Source of the DNA: Eledone cirrhosa | Taxonomy: Eukaryota | Length of the DNA: 64,000 bases | Assembly (NCBI GenBank): GCA_964016885.1 | Contig: OZ024743.1 | Coordinates: 146,940,001 to 147,004,000 of the forward strand | Direction: 5' to 3' | Shown here: piece by piece, positions 1 to 12,551 of the stretch | Position numbering within the stretch: the stretch's first letter is position 1 | How the letters are laid out: every line of letters starts with the position of its first letter | Position numbers and translations under genes: made by a program | The notes under the pieces: model-generated | What the model was told of the DNA's origin: nothing | Databases searched by the model: none | The model's input: only the letters and a program-made list of their open reading frames with translations

Positions 1-224
1 AGACAGAAACTATGTGGAAGCTTGAATGTTATATTGTATCAGTACTTCAAAAGCCCCCACCTGATTACATACTGTATCTCACATATTCACACTGAGATTG
101 ATGTAAAGGACATACATGTTTGTAAAATATTGAGCCACTTAGGTTTAAGAAGTAGGTAGTTCAGTTGATCAAATAATTGAATGATCATTTGTTGAAGAAA
201 ATAGAGATTCCATCATATATCTAT

Positions 225-393
225 CCCAGTACATTACTGGTATGTTTATTTTATCGACCCCGTAAGGATGAAAGGTAAAGTTAACCTCCCGCCGAGGTTA
301 ACTTTGCCTTTCATCCTTACGGGGTCGATAAAATAAAGTACCAGTAATGTACTGAGTAATTGATGGCCTTGTGCCAAAAGTAGAAACAATTAT
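225..393 (+). mobile_element. 5'-truncated SINE family A (Nin-like core) with an inverted duplicate arm
   Basis: 288-393 matches the 3' half of the SINE at 22654; 225-288 is its reverse complement lacking the last ~40 nt. Confidence 0.85.
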
Positions 394-400
394 CTATATA

Positions 401-503
401 TACAGGGTGTATCGAAAAAATGTATACACACTTTCATTACCTGTATATGCAATATTGATTAGAATGCTGTTGAAATGTGTATTCATTTTTGGGTTTCCCT
501 GTA
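401..503. mobile_element. Tc1/mariner-type MITE
   Basis: TA|CAGGG...CCCTG|TA ends with imperfect ~28 bp TIRs (caggGtgtatcgaaaaaatgtatacaca / tgtgtattcattttttgggtttccctg). Confidence 0.65.
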
Positions 504-3405
504 GTTCTAGTTATAGACATTTGTCTCTTTGTTAACGACCAATCCCGTCATTATAGGAAGAATTGAAATAATTTAAATAGCTTGCATGGATAAAATCATA
601 GGCTGTGTGGTGAAGAAGTTTGTTTTACAATTATGTGGGTTAAGGATTGACTGCAATGAGTGGTACATCGACCAAGTATCTTATACGATAATCTTCTGTT
701 AGACAAAGCCTTTTCACTGCAATTTGACACATGGAAGATACTTGGAAGGTTATCAGATGGACTATTTCTATTATCAATCTGTCACCTGGTTTAACACCAG
801 CATCTTGTTCCTGAGTTCTTTTAGTAGAGACCATTCCCCTGTAAATATTTGGTCCAGGTCTCCATCAGTCACAAAGGTTTACATAATACATACATAAGTG
901 TACATATGCGCAGGCACACATTTATTACCCCTATGTTATACCTTATGGAATCTATTCCGGACCAATGTTATTGCTTTTTTGAATGGGAGTAGTGCATGAT
1001 TGAAATACCATCAATGATTTATGGTATTGAGTCAATTCAATTGGTTAGACTCATTTTCACTCTACTGGTGATCTTATGATATCGAGGGGAATATTCATGT
1101 AGTTAGAATAGTTTTGGGTAAACTAATTTGTAAATCTTGCATAGATTTTGAATACTCACATTTTTATGAACACACACAACGGATATGTATTTGTGGTCCA
1201 AGGAATGAATAAGGAATATTTTATTACTAAGTTTGCTCTCACCGTTGGATAAGTGGTGAATAGGCAATTGTTGGCATCATATAAAATGCCTTGCAGCAGT
1301 TAGTGAATTTAGAGTTCTAATATTTTCTAGAGTCTGATTAAATACATTTGAACCACAATTAAATATGGGTTTTTTCTTAACCTAATTTCTGAGTAATTAC
1401 ACCAGTTTATATTTTCCATATCTAATCATTGAATAATTGTCACACAAATTACTAACCTCCCTGTCGGACATCTGAGAAGAATTTTGCAAAGCAGAACAAT
1501 ACTGCTTTTGGAGATGCCGGAGAAAGGAGCGCGTACCTTTCAAATGTAGAAGGGGCTAAGAAGTTGGGGGATGTCAAATAGTTATGGTCTCTTCTTCGGA
1601 TATATGGGCTCCAGACAGGAGTTCTGGTAAAGCCCCCTATCATAGGCTATGCCTCTGTGTTGTTTGATAAGTATTTGTCAGACTATACTTCATTCTGAAG
1701 GTCTTCTGAGGCCAAACTATGTTTGGAGTTGACACTTTACTCTCCAAAGAGCAAACTCGCTCTTTAATGATTATCTCCATTTAATTTTTTAATCAATTTA
1801 AATATAAAAGTTCCCTCCCTTAACTTTATTGAGGGGAGTTATTATTGATGCTAATGAATGGCCTTCTTATTACGAGTAAATTACCACTGATAAAAAAATT
1901 GTATTTGACTCACTACAATAAAAATGTTACATTGCATTTCTGCCTATAGATGTGGACAACTTCCCAATGTCTACATCACATATTTTTTCAATGTGCTTTC
2001 TTCGTGATTTGAAACTGCAAAGCATTTTCTTCTTTTATCTGATTTAATACCCGCTAAGGCTTGATTATCTAAAATTCAAGTGAAATTCAAGTATTCTATT
2101 GATCAAACAATATATATTTCATCTAATCTGAAACTTTAAAATATTCATAGTAAAAAAATAACCTACAGCACATTTCTCTTAATTTGTCTATATTTCCTGA
2201 GATGTTGGAAATTCACTTTCTCATAAACTTTGCATGCTTCTATACCTATTAGTTTAGCTCTTTTTTTATACATTCGCTAGAAATTCCATCAAGAATAATT
2301 ATTTACCTTAAATTAGAAAGTATAAGATAATTATATATATATTTTACATTTTTTATTTCGAAAATAAAAAAATGGGGAGGGGGGTTCTTCAAAAAGAAAA
2401 TGTATATAATTTCTTAAAAACTCTTAAATTAAATACAATTCATGATAGATTGATTATTTAAGGTTGTGTTCTTAGGTAAGCTATCTTAAATAAAGATAAA
2501 CTAGAGAAAAGTTATCCTGAATCACAATCAATATTAAGCTGAACACACACACAAGTAATTATAGACATTGGATGAGATGTAGTTTATAATAAAATAATGT
2601 AAATGAGTGGTTAGGATACTAGATTACTGATTCATTTTCAGCTTCTACTATAGGAGGCAAAATACTGGATGTGATATAGCTTTAGGTTTCCGTGTCAGAG
2701 GTCTTGTTATTATTGTTTAACCCCAAGCATATTCTGACTAGACTTCCAACTTATGACCACTTCGTCTTTTCATTTTGGTATAGGCTTCAGTATCTAATGT
2801 GTCTTTTTTTTTAAAGCAGATAGATTATTTCATAGAAGGCAAGCAACCATGGAGTAGTTTCATTTATTATGTATTAATGCGATATTCTTGATAAAATTGT
2901 TCCTCAGGTAATCTGGTTGTCGGGAATACCTACTAGATCCTCTGGAAATATTACCTGATACATACTAGCATCTTATCTTGGGGAAGACTTAACTCTCCCT
3001 CACACATGAGAGTAAAGCAAAGAATCGGTCCTTAAATAATTCTCTGGAAATATTTAAAGTTAGGTTTCAATTAGTTATGAAGTCACTAACTGGGCAAATT
3101 TTATTGTTTGGTTTGGATTAAGAAGCACCTAAAATTTACTATATAAATTATGTAAAAGACATTTTTATATACTTTCAGAAGTATGTAATATAGATGCAGT
3201 CATAGCTGTGTGGTTATGGAGTTCGATTTCTCCACATTTCGTCTTTTTGGGCATGTCTTCTGCTGCAATCCTAGATTCACCAATGCTGTCTGAGAGGAAT
3301 TTTTTTAACTACACACAAGCCATGTAATTTCATTTGCTTGAATTTTTAGAGTGAGGTTTATAAACAATAATTATGCCTACATTAAATCTATTTATATATA
3401 TCTAT

Positions 3406-3792
3406 ATCTGGAGAGAAATGAGGCAAGCATGCTCCGTTGGATGTGCAGTGTAAATGTACGTGAACGACCCAGCATAAATGTGTTGAGAGAGAAACTGTGT
3501 CTGAGAGGGATAGAATGTAGTGTACGGGAGAGGAGACTGAGGTGGTAAGGACATGTGATGCGCATGGAGGATGACCGATGGGTGAAGAAGTGCCAGGAAT
3601 TGCCAGTTGAAGGAAGACGTGGTAGAGGTAGACCACGAAAAACATGGGCGGAGGTGGTGAAAACAGACCTCAGATCATTGATGCTCACGATGGAGATGAC
3701 GAGGGACCGTGACGAGTGGAGAGATGCTGTGCTGAATAAGACCCGTCCCACCCTTGCAAGCAGGGAAAAGCGGACGTAAAATGATGATGATG
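3406..3792 (+). mobile_element. RTE-clade LINE 3' fragment
   Basis: ERNEASMLRWMC...RRLRW*GHVMRMEDDRWVKKC...GRRGRGRPRKTW; (ATG)n tail. Confidence 0.9.
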
Positions 3793-4168
3793 TAAGTGAA
3801 CATGGGTACAAAAAAAACCGTATACTCAATATGACATGTGGAGAGTATATTTGCAGGTTTGCATTCAAATACTCAGAGTTTCATACAGACCTGTTTAATT
3901 TTTCAGATGCCCATAGAGAGTGAATCGTGAGATACTATAACATATTACAATTTCTATAATTAGTTTAGTCTGTTTAATTAATGATTGCAATGCCATATAA
4001 TGGATTAATATTGATATAGTGTATAAGATATACAATAATCCAGGTAGAAATTTTATTTCTTTGTGTTTAGAGTTTCAATGAGCTGTTCTGGTGTTTGAAA
4101 ATATTTTACCACTGTGTATATATATATATATATATACATATATATGTGCGTGTATCTCTCGCTCTCTC

Positions 4169-4200
<32 letters not shown>

Positions 4201-4232
4201 GCATATATATGTGTGTGTATCTCTCGCTCTCT

Positions 4233-4276
<44 letters not shown>

Positions 4277-4310
4277 CGTGTGTGTGTAAGTATATATATA
4301 TATATATATA

Positions 4311-5205
4311 TAAACTAGAAATTGATTGACATATAAATATATCTAAAATATACATATGAAACAATCACAGGGGATAATTTGTAAAAGTGTGTAAGCACAC
4401 ATAGCTATGTAGGTAACTAAATAAAGTTTAACTAGAACTTCAAAAATAGATACCTTATAAATTGATTAAACTTCATTGTATATATTCCATTAAAGAAATA
4501 TATTTCACCAATTAATCGATTGGTAAACGACAGTAGCCAGATCCTGGATTTTCATAAAATGCTCGGATCTATTCATTGGAATATTGGGGCATATTTTACG
4601 GGTGATATGGCGCATGTCGATCTGACATGACACCCTTAATTTAACTTAAATTTGGATATATATAAATACGGCCCCTTAATTGTAGAGCTAACTCTGTTGA
4701 AAGGACATGACTGCTATTTCTAGTTGTCGATAACCCTATTCACGCCACTGGGCCGAAGCTGGTACGATGTGTGTATTTTTAGTAAATACAGCACGTGTTA
4801 CTGGCCAGTCGCTGATTTGAATTTGATGCGTAAACACAGATGGTTGAACCTCTTCCTTGTTTAAAATCCAGGATCTGGCTACTGTCGTTTACCAATCGAT
4901 TAATTGGTGAAATATATTTCTTTAATGGAATATATACAAGGAAGATTAATCAATTCATAAGGTATCTATTTTTGAAGTTCTAGTTAAACTTTATTTAGGT
5001 ACCTACATAGCTATGTGTGCTTACACACTTTTACAAATTATCCCCTGCGATTGTTTTATATGTTTATTTTAGATATATTTATATGTCAATCAATTTCTAG
5101 TTCATATAAAATGCTCGGATCTATCCACTGGAATCTTGGAGCATATTTTACGGGTGATATGGCGCATGTCGATCTGACACGACACCCTTAATTTAACTTA
5201 ATTTT

Positions 5206-5208
<3 letters not shown>
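4311..5208. mobile_element. Fold-back non-coding element family 3 (inverted arm plus 1.2-mer of a ~552 nt unit) in (TA)n
   Basis: 4311-4552 is the reverse complement of 4863-5103; 4554-4660 is directly repeated at 5106-5208. Confidence 0.8.
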
Positions 5209-5238
<30 letters not shown>

Positions 5239-6128
5239 CCATACAAAAGAAAACCAATGTTGTTATTCAAATTCAATCTTTAATTTCTACAATTGTGTCA
5301 ATGAGGATAAATGTAGCACTAATACAAATAATTAATTCATCAATCGGTCAAATAATTAATAATCTATATGGCACAAACACATCTAGAAATATAGATAGAT
5401 CCATTGAGTTATTTTAACACATCAAGAAAATATAGAGGCAAGCTTTCAAATAGCGAACAGAACACATTAGAAATATAAAGCAGATGAGTTGTGTAATTAG
5501 AAAATAGCGTATCAATATAACCATTTTGGAGAAAGTTATATTTATTGTAAGGAAACATTCCGTTAGGGAGGAGCTTAAACCGATTTGAAAGTCCCATGGC
5601 AAAACAATAACATTTAAAATTACGTGTAAATATAAATATTGTAGTGTAAGCTTCCTGTACTGATACTTTCAATTCACCAAAATCATCGAAAAGATTCTAA
5701 TAAGGCAGAATTAAGTGAAAAGAAGAACGCTAGTAAGGTCAAGTGTTGATTATATAAACAAAGAAATACCGTCAGATTACTTATCGGTGTCATTAACAGA
5801 ACGTCACCATATTTACCACAATGTTTGCTTATAATAGGGACCGGTCGAATAGATGTCAGTTTTATAATCACACAATACTCAAATACCGCTTATGTCAGCT
5901 TATAGCGATTATTTGGATGGTCGAGGTGGCGAGTTGATTGTGTTGTGGTGTTGATTTGTTTGTTGCGTGCGTGCAGAAAAGGACACCAAACCGCTATATT
6001 ATTAATTTATTGAAAATAGCGGACACCGGAGCTATACTAAAAATAGACAAGAATTATGTACGTTATTTATTTGTTTGTAAAAGTAGAATTAAATTGTATT
6101 TACCAAGGAAACTTCACGAACTTCACTG

Positions 6129-6184
<56 letters not shown>

Positions 6185-6616
6185 CCAAAGGGGTCTGTAG
6201 AAAGCAAATGTTTACTCAATCAAGAACTGCTTCGAACTGCTTACTGCTTGATCTAAGACAGGCTATTTACATCTGTCCCATGTCATACTCGTTTACACTC
6301 GAAAGGAGATTACCATTAACCCAGAAAATGACCGTTAAATGTTACCCAGGGGTCAAGGTGTGGACATATTTCGCTACAAGCTCATACCGTGACAAGGGTG
6401 GAGGTGATCAATGTATAACTGGGATGACAATAAGAACAATGACACCCACATCGAGAACCACGAACGTTTCAACCGAGATTACTGTTTTAGTGTGCTGCCA
6501 GACCCGGAGTTATTCACTCGAGTAAATACCACCAGAATCTAGTAAATATTCTTCTGCATATTAAGTATTTCAGGTCCATAGTGTGTGATTAGAGAGAAGA
6601 TAACATGCTCGTGTCC

Positions 6617-6815
6617 TGTGTTATCAATCAGAAAGGGAAGCGCCAAAAGAGAGTATACCTTTGGCGTAACCACGCCAGGCAGCCAAAAGGTGAAAAGAGA
6701 GGAAGTTTCATTGCGTTGCCTCTATTTATATCCTTTTTCCGGAAGTTACAAAAAAGGTTCTAGACTTTCGACGGGAAGTAACTCTAGCTACTTCCCTTGT
6801 CTAGAGAGCGCTACA
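6617..6815 (-). repeat. LTR segment of a Gypsy element (3' copy)
   Basis: Direct repeat of 7854-8057; on the minus strand starts TGTAGCG, preceded by the purine tract AGAGGGGAG. Confidence 0.75.
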
Positions 6816-7490
6816 AGACTCCCCTCTCAGACGAGAAGTCAAATGACCAAACGAAAATCATTGTAGCGAAAACATGAGGAGCAAAACAAAAGGTACAAAA
6901 ACATGAATGAATAAAACATGAGCAAGCAAATAGCAAAAATAAGCATAAAACAAGTAATGCATTTTTACAACTAAATACAAAGAGTTGAGTTGAGTTGAGT
7001 TAACATGTCAAACAAACAGTAGCAAACAAAATTAAGAGTTTTAAGCAGAGGAATGCACGGTCTACTGGCAAGTAGCTTTACTAGAATACCCCCTGTTTAG
7101 ACCAGAAGGGTGAAAACAAGAAAAAGTGAATTCGGACACGTCACCAGTGTGAAAACGCTGAAGAAGAGCACATCAACAAAAAAAAATGAATGAATGAATG
7201 CAAGAAGAAAATTATGAATGAGGCGCTAAGGGGCCAGTGTTATGTATGCCGCTGTGTCAAATGACTGGCTGTTTGCTATTTATAACATGACCACCCAGGG
7301 TCTAATAGAAAACAAATAAAGTCTGACATGGGCGAAAATGTGCAAAATGTTTTTAAAGTTGCTGTTCTTGCGTTAATTGTTATAAAAGTTGTTGTTGGCG
7401 GTGGCGGTAAAAGTATGAAACTACCACTTCTGTTATGTTGCTGTGAAATCGCCGTTGGTGTTGTGGTAAATGTTTTATCAGTAGCTGTTG

Positions 7491-7853
7491 TCAATGTCCA
7501 CGAGGGGTTAAATGTATATGACGGAAACGTGCGTCTGGCGGGCTGAATTTCCCAAGAAGAGCGCGGACATGCCGGTGAATCTTAGAGCGCTGACACCTCA
7601 AGCAAGAACGTGCCCAACTGGTGATTGAACGACGCATATTAGGCCAGAAGAATCGAGCCATAATAAGCTTCACCGTGGCAGCTATGCCAGGATATGATAA
7701 GGAATGAAGTGCATCAAAAACGGTGCGCTGATGACAATCTGGAACAAGTGGTCTGGGTGAGCCAGTAGAAATATCGCAGAGAATTTTCCCCTCAGGAGAT
7801 GGAAGAGGTAAATATTCCAATTTGCAGCAGGAGAACTGGTCAGAGGTAATGTC
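7491..7853 (-). pseudogene. Gypsy integrase N-terminal zinc-binding (HHCC-type) fragment
   Basis: VFDALHSLSYPGIAATVKLIMARFFWPNMRRSITSWARSCLRCQRSK...PDARFRHIH. Confidence 0.9.
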
Positions 7854-8057
7854 CTGTGTTGTCAATCCGAAAGGGAAGCGCCAAAAGCGAGTATACCTTT
7901 GGCGTAACCACGCCTGGCCCAAGGCTAGGCAGGTGAAAAGAGAGGAAGTTTGATTGCGTTGCCTCTATTTATATCCTTTTTTCCGGAAGTTACAAAGAAG
8001 GTTCTAGACTTTCGACGGGAAGTAACTCTAGCTACTTCCCTTGTCTAGAGAGCGCTA
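7854..8057 (-). repeat. LTR segment of a Gypsy element (second copy)
   Basis: Near-identical direct repeat of 6617-6815. Confidence 0.75.
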
Positions 8058-8064
8058 CTCTGTC

Positions 8065-8342
8065 TTTGGGACATGGAACGTTTGTAATCTATATGTTTGT
8101 GGAAAGGCGAAGTAATTTACACATGAACTTGCCAAATACACATGGGATATCTTAGGGCTGATGGACTGGACAGATGGACTGGGCTTGGCTAGACAACTAG
8201 CAATGAAGGCCACACACTGTGGTATAGCGGTGATGACATCAAGCATAAACATGGAGTGGGTTTCATCGTTAACAAAACCAAAGTGAGCTCAGTAATCGGC
8301 TGTACACTAGTATCCAGCTAACTCGTCACCGTGCGTATTGCG
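8065..8342 (+). pseudogene. RTE LINE AP-endonuclease N-terminal fragment
   Basis: Decayed GTWNV...ELAKYTWDILGL...RWTG...HTLWYSGDDIKHKHGVGFIV. Confidence 0.8.
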
Positions 8343-8343
8343 T

Positions 8344-8555
8344 ATTAAATAGTATACGGGAAGTTTATGAAAAACCTTTGAAGGCCTTTCGCTTTGAATT
8401 TTTAAGGTTGTGAACATGGTGACACAGTCAGACTCAGAAAAAAACAAGAGGAAGTGTTTTTTGCTGAGTGGTTGTGTAACAATGATCACAACCTTAAAAA
8501 TCCATAGAGAAAGGCCTTCAAATGTTTTTAATAAACATCTCGCATATTATTCAAT
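8344..8555. repeat. Old ~95 bp-arm palindrome (MITE or fold-back element)
   Basis: tttgaaggcctttc...tttttaaggttgtga is mirrored by tcacaaccttaaaaa...gaaaggccttcaaa. Confidence 0.7.
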
Positions 8556-8631
8556 TTACAATACCTACATTCATATGTATATCACTATGTCAGAGCACCA
8601 ATACAAATATTACACACGCACACATATATAT

Positions 8632-8850
8632 ATTGTTGAACTTTGGAAGTGTATGCTGCCAATAAAAACACACGAACCTTTTGTTTTTCACTTCAATTTA
8701 TAACAAATTTATAGTTGGTTGGTTTAATAACCGGGGGTGAAGGTGGGGTGTTTATTTATTGTCAAAGGTCTTTCGTCGCACAGTTTGTGAAGTCCTCAGT
8801 GAATAATTTATTTTGTGTCTCTCCTTTGTTCTGTTCTACACCACCTTCTT
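8632..8850 (-). mobile_element. 3' end fragment of the PLE family at 24367
   Basis: Aligns with 24367-24610, including a hammerhead-like core at 8761-8803 (CTGAGGA...GAAAGACCTTTGAC). Confidence 0.75.
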
Positions 8851-8865
8851 TCTAAATATATGTAC

Positions 8866-9008
<143 letters not shown>

Positions 9009-9058
9009 TATATATATATATGTACATATTATATATATGTATATACATGTAGTATATA

Positions 9059-9956
9059 CGGGGTGTGTCAGAAAAGTTCCAGGACTGATGTCACAAAAGA
9101 TTTATTTCAAACCCAAACTTCACAATAAGAGTTTTCTCCTTCAAAGTAATCCCCCTGGAGTCTAATGCACTTTTCCATCCTTTTCTGCCACACTTGCATG
9201 CTCTCCTGGAAGGATTCTTCCGGGATCCTCCGCAGTTCCGTCGTCACGGCCTTTTTGATGTCGTCCACATCTTCTAAACGGGTTCCCTCCCGGTCGTACT
9301 CGAAGATCCATGACTCAACACCGGTGATGACTGTCCCTAGCAAGTCTGGTTCTGTTTCAAGGCGCTCGAGGATGTCCTGGCACATTTGCATACGTCGCCC
9401 CTTCTGGTCATCGTTCAGCAGTTTTGGCACCATCTTCGCGCAAACTTTCCGCATGTCCAAATCTTCAGTGAGAATCTTCCAGACGCTGTCCCGATTCATG
9501 CCCAGCTCATTTGCCATCAGTCGAAGAGTCAGCTGACGATCACTACGCACCATCTGCCTGGCGCGCTCAACGTTGACCTCAGTACTGGTTGTTGAGGGCC
9601 TTCCGCTCCTGGGGTCATCTTCCACGTCCTCGCGTCCTTCTTTAAACCTCTTGCACCACTCAAAAACACGTGAGCGTGACATCGTCTCATCTCCATACAC
9701 TTGCTGCAGCGGAGTTTTCCCCAACCGTACCAGAAACTTCAAATTTGTTCGTTGCTCTGTGTTCATTGCTTGACGACCTGAAACAGAGGACATGTATATA
9801 AAATTATGAAGAAAAAAGTTTGATCGCTGCAGAGAGCTAAGATTACAGTTACATACTCCAGGGGGATTACTTTGAAGGAGAAGACTCTTAGTGTGAAATT
9901 TGGGTTTGAAATAAATTTTTTGTGACATCAGTCCTGGGACTTTTCTGACACACCTC

Positions 9957-9957
<1 letters not shown>
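9059..9957 (-). mobile_element. Internally deleted mariner transposon with ~100 bp inverted ends
   Basis: TA flanks; MNTEQRTNLKF...DDPRSGRP...AKMVPKLL...ITGVESWIFEYD fused directly to the C-terminus (...GDYFEG); most of the catalytic domain is missing. Confidence 0.92.
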
Positions 9958-10040
<83 letters not shown>

Positions 10041-10240
10041 AGTATGTATACGCACATACATATATGTATACAGACGTACAGTAGTATGTATATATACATA
10101 CATGCACACATATATATATGTACGTATCGATTCACCGAACATTTATTATAATTCTCGGTGTATTTGTAAACAAACATCCCGAATTAAGCCGTACAGTGTC
10201 TAGCAACCATCGTGCTCATTTGTTTAACACTGACAAAGGA

Positions 10241-10283
10241 ACGCTGTACTAGTTTCAAGCTTATTAGCTATCGTCAGCAACGT
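10241..10283 (-). ncRNA. Minimal type-I hammerhead ribozyme (family 2)
   Basis: ACGTTG CTGACGA TAGCT-AATA-AGCTT GAAA CTAG TA CAGCGT; palindromic stem III ACUAGU, GUA cleavage triplet. Confidence 0.85.
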
Positions 10284-10559
10284 ATACCTTCCTGCCAGAT
10301 GATTGAACGTCTGAAAGTATATACTTTCCTTATGCATATTAACGTCTGTATACATATATGTATGTACGTATACCTACTTATATTTAAGTAACAGCCGTAC
10401 TAAGAGTGAGAAATGAAATTTCGCTTCATTTTTTCCGTTTATCGTTTTCGGTACCCCGGCCGATTAACTCACTCGATATGCAAATTAGGCTGCTCAGCCG
10501 TTAATATGCATAAAGAAAGTATATACTTTCAGACGTTTAATCATCTGGCAGGAAGGTAT

Positions 10560-10602
10560 ACGTTGCTGACGATATCTAATAAGCTTGAAACTAGTACAGC
10601 GT
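10560..10602 (+). ncRNA. Minimal type-I hammerhead ribozyme (family 2)
   Basis: acgttg ctgacga tatctaataagctt gaaa ctag ta cagcgt; one stem II mismatch. Confidence 0.8.
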
Positions 10603-11080
10603 TCCTTTGTCAGTGTTGAACAAATGAGCAACGATGGTTGCTAGACCCTGTACGGCTTAATTCGGGATGTTTGTTTACAAACACACCGAGCATTATAATA
10701 AATGTTCGGTGAATCCATACGTACATATATATATGTGTGCATGTATGTATATATATATATATATACATACTACTGTACGTCTGTATACATATATGTATGT
10801 ACGTATACATACTTATGTTTAAGTAACAGCCGTACTAAGAGTGAGAAGTGAAATTTCGTTTCATTTTTTTCCGTTTATATATATATATATATATATATAT
10901 AAGTTAAGACATTGAAATAAAAAATCAAGTCATTAGAGATATACTTCACTGCTTTACGATCGTTTCTAGATGGTGATAATACATTGCATCTATACTCAGT
11001 TATTGATCTATGTAAGTTTACAAACTATCAGATAGAGAGAATATTTACTTAGATGCATATCACCAGCTGTTTTTGGATAC

Positions 11081-11127
<47 letters not shown>

Positions 11128-11242
11128 AAATATTATATATATATATACACATGTAGTATGCTCTACGGTTCTTATATATTTGATATATATTTTCCTTATC
11201 GAGCCCTCTTTGGATTTTAGTCTTCAATTTTATTATTATTAC

Positions 11243-11331
<89 letters not shown>

Positions 11332-11592
11332 ATGTGTGTGAGTGTGTGTGTACATATATATACATATATATGTATATACATCTACGTATATATATATATA
11401 TTTATATATATATTATGTATATATATATATATATATGTGTGTGTGTATGTATGTGTGTGAAATAACTGTTAAGACAGAAGTTATACAATCATATTTATCA
11501 ATTATACATATTTCTGTGACACAACTGAGCTACCCTTAATTGTTACCTCAAAGCTGGGCAGACACAGCTGACGTGGATTGTTCTTACCCGCT

Positions 11593-11629
<37 letters not shown>

Positions 11630-12330
11630 GTGTGTGTGTGTGTGTATAATTGTAAGGAGAATATGATGTGATACGTGAAATTAAAATCTTAATTATTGAA
11701 TTTATATATCTTTTAACAAAGTTAGAATTAACCTTGTCTTAGTTAAGTATATTTAAACAAAAACCCTGGAGAACTTGATATAATATGCACATTCACACAT
11801 ATTATGATGTATAAACTTATATTATGTTTGTTATATGTATCTACCTTCATGAATATAAAATATTTTTTGTTTGTTGATTTAAGTTAATTGTCAAATTCCA
11901 CTCTTTATCATAAAGAAGATGGATGCACTCACAATTTTAACACCTTATCTGTCGATAGAGGCTTCCAGAATTGCTTCTCACACCCAGTCTCTAACGTTTT
12001 CTTGTGTTTACCACTTGAAAGAAATGCATCTGTCAATTTCTACGTTTCAAGATAAAATACTTTGTTTCATATCACATTTCATTTTTATCCAATATTAGTG
12101 AATGTATGTGTGTGAATGTAATTATGCGTATGTGCACAAATACCCCCCCACACACACACATATATACATATTTACAAACATATACACATGCAGAGAAGCA
12201 CATATGCATTCACGTACACACACACACATACAAACACACACATATGTATGTATATCTATCTATATATCTATATATCTCTCTATATATATGTATGTATGCA
12301 TATATATATATATATACACACACATATATG

Positions 12331-12382
<52 letters not shown>

Positions 12383-12408
12383 CATATATATATATATCTA
12401 CACACATA

Positions 12409-12506
<98 letters not shown>

Positions 12507-12514
12507 TATGTATG

Positions 12515-12551
<37 letters not shown>

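Larger units (their letters stand above)
10038..10878. mobile_element. Hammerhead-bearing fold-back element family 2 (~435 nt unit)
   Basis: 10038-10344 is the reverse complement of 10499-10816; 10342-10441 is directly repeated at 10777-10878; flanked by (TA)n; second copy at 51083. Confidence 0.85.

Noticed and set aside
1452-1800. Possible decayed LINE C-terminus
   Set aside because: Too degraded to assign from motifs
4880-4920. Hairpin plus GAAATATATTTC as a hammerhead
   Set aside because: Upstream CTGTCGT does not fit CUGANGA and no stem I can form
9107-10177. 356 aa ORF as an intact gene
   Set aside because: Its N-terminal part is family 2 sequence, (TA)n and TIR read-through; the transposase lacks most of its catalytic domain
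10955-10999. Hammerhead-like remnant on the minus strand (CTGAGTA TAGATG..CATCTA GAAA CGATCG TA); similar remnants near 22950, 55376, 58163 and 63440
   Set aside because: Core mutated or incomplete and no stem I; probably dead PLE ends, so not listed as ribozymes
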